DNA of 64,000 nucleotides from Alteromonadaceae bacterium UBA2620 (GTDB lineage Bacteria; Pseudomonadota; Gammaproteobacteria; Enterobacterales; Alteromonadaceae): NCBI GenBank assembly GCA_002339125.1, contig DDJQ01000105.1, positions 127 to 64,126 of the forward strand, read 5' to 3'. Shown piece by piece: positions 63,145 to 64,000 of this stretch (position 1 is its first letter; each line of letters starts with the position of its first letter). The notes under the pieces were generated by a model. It saw only the letters and a program-made list of their open reading frames with translations, ran no database searches and was not told where the DNA came from. The position numbers and the translations under genes were made by a program.

Positions 63145-63939
63145 TCAGTCACAAACAAGTTTGGGGAATTTATGCTCGCCAGAATGGCGCTTAATGGAGC
63201 GGAAGAGTTGGCCACTGCTGATAAATCTGTCCATATAACGATTAATGACTGGCAGCATGGCTTGTTTTGCGGGCCTGCTCACCAGTACCAAATCGACGCT
63301 GCTGATGACATTTGGGGACTGGTAAAACTCGCTGTAGCAAAACTGCCGTTTATTTAGCACCGACAACGCGTTTTGCTCACTCATAATGGCATAGTCACAA
63401 CGACCTTTGGTGAGCATAAGCGCCATCAGCGTCTGACTGGCCGAATCTACCCGTATAAGCGGATGCTCCTGATCTTCAAAGGCCGTCTGCAACACCGGAT
63501 ATTTATAGCCAAAACGGGTACATACCGCCTCACCATTACTCTCGGCAGGGACAAATGGACCGTCAAACTTAGTGGTGGCATAAAGATAGCTGTCGTGCTG
63601 GATAAGAGGCTCACTGAATATAAAGCCGTCGGGATCGTCCAGCCACTCCTCACCTGAGAGGAACATATCGGCTTTGCCCTGGCGCAACAGCAGCTCGTTG
63701 CGGGCGCGGCTGGAGTCTAGATAGGTGACATTCAGGTTTGCTTCCTCGGCAAAGCTGGCAAAAAAATCTACCACTACGCCCTGATAGGACTGGCTTTGCG
63801 TATCAAAATACAGATAGGGCGGTGAGCCTGGCGAATTGATCGCAAAGATGATCTCTTGCGCCGGCGGCAAAGCCACTGCACGACTGGCAGAGAATACACT
63901 GCTTAGAAGTAAGAGTATGCAATAGGAAACTAACCGCAT
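63145..63939 (-). CDS. Periplasmic substrate-binding (type 3 SBP-like) protein
   Basis: Signal peptide from the ATG at 63939. The overall pattern is that of amino-acid-type SBP domains (PPY.Y......G...D). Confidence 0.6.
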   Translation of the reverse strand: MRLVSYCILLLLSSVFSASRAVALPPAQEIIFAINSPGSPPYLYFDTQSQSYQGVVVDFFASFAEEANLNVTYLDSSRARNELLLRQGKADMFLSGEEWLDDPDGFIFSEPLIQHDSYLYATTKFDGPFVPAESNGEAVCTRFGYKYPVLQTAFEDQEHPLIRVDSASQTLMALMLTKGRCDYAIMSEQNALSVLNKRQFCYSEFYQSPNVISSVDLVLVSRPAKQAMLPVINRYMDRFISSGQLFRSIKRHSGEHKFPKLVCD

Positions 63940-64000
63940 TGTGCTCAATTTTAGTGCTCGCTCTACCAAAACAGCTGATGCCGAATAAAAACAGCGCCGC

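Noticed and set aside
1-64000. CRISPR arrays, tRNA, rRNA, integrase/att sites, toxin-antitoxin pairs
   Set aside because: I found no regularly spaced direct repeats, no cloverleaf-like or rRNA-like segments in the intergenic regions, and no integrase or recognisable TA or defence genes by motif inspection.

Overview
The window looks like a chromosomal segment of a marine-type gammaproteobacterium. An Alteromonadales-like origin is only a guess, based on gene content and on E. coli-like synteny blocks (slyX-fkpA, greB-tex, bioH-comF-nfuA, lexA). I support about 55 protein genes. I saw no rRNA, tRNA or CRISPR array.

**Main blocks**
- **0-4.5 kb:** housekeeping genes.
- **4.7-29.4 kb:** an exopolysaccharide (EPS) locus of about 23 kb, organised like the Vibrio syp locus.
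  - Regulators: a LuxO/SypG-like sigma-54 activator, REC-GGDEF, REC-PP2C, a STAS protein and a hybrid kinase with Hpt.
  - Machinery: giant Wza-like exporter, Wzz, Wzx, Wzy-like protein, glycosyltransferases and a priming sugar transferase.
- **29.6-42.5 kb:** greB, tex, bioH, comF, M14 peptidase, nfuA, dinF-like MATE and others.
- **42.5-50.9 kb:** a complete aa3-type cytochrome c oxidase and assembly cluster.
- **51.3-54 kb:** lexA with its SOS box, followed by a small AT-rich decayed island (5'-truncated IS21-family istB and a frameshifted gene).
- **54-58.6 kb:** a BlaI/BlaR1-TonB pair and miscellaneous genes.
- **58.7-63 kb:** a tightly coupled five-gene operon (T_hemolysin-family acyltransferase-like protein, adenylating enzyme, heme-oxygenase-like di-iron protein, SDR, secreted TPR protein). 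It looks like an uncharacterised small-molecule/lipid pathway.

**Most interesting signals**
- Four near-identical sigma-54 promoters (TGGYWY-N5-TTGCT) sit at the operon starts of the EPS locus. They are associated with TTGCA-W3-TGCAA palindromes, which match the LuxO/SypG-type site.
- A partner-switch remnant (REC-PP2C plus STAS) has no kinase and no sigma factor in the window.
- A GT26 glycosyltransferase is fused to two STAS-like domains.
- A three-domain protein with degenerate catalytic motifs (nucleotidyltransferase-like, hexapeptide repeat, sugar-transferase-like) is translationally coupled to the genuine priming transferase.
- A sulfotransferase lies inside the locus.
- The T_hemolysin/ligase/di-iron operon.

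All functional calls rest on motif recognition by eye. No database search was run.
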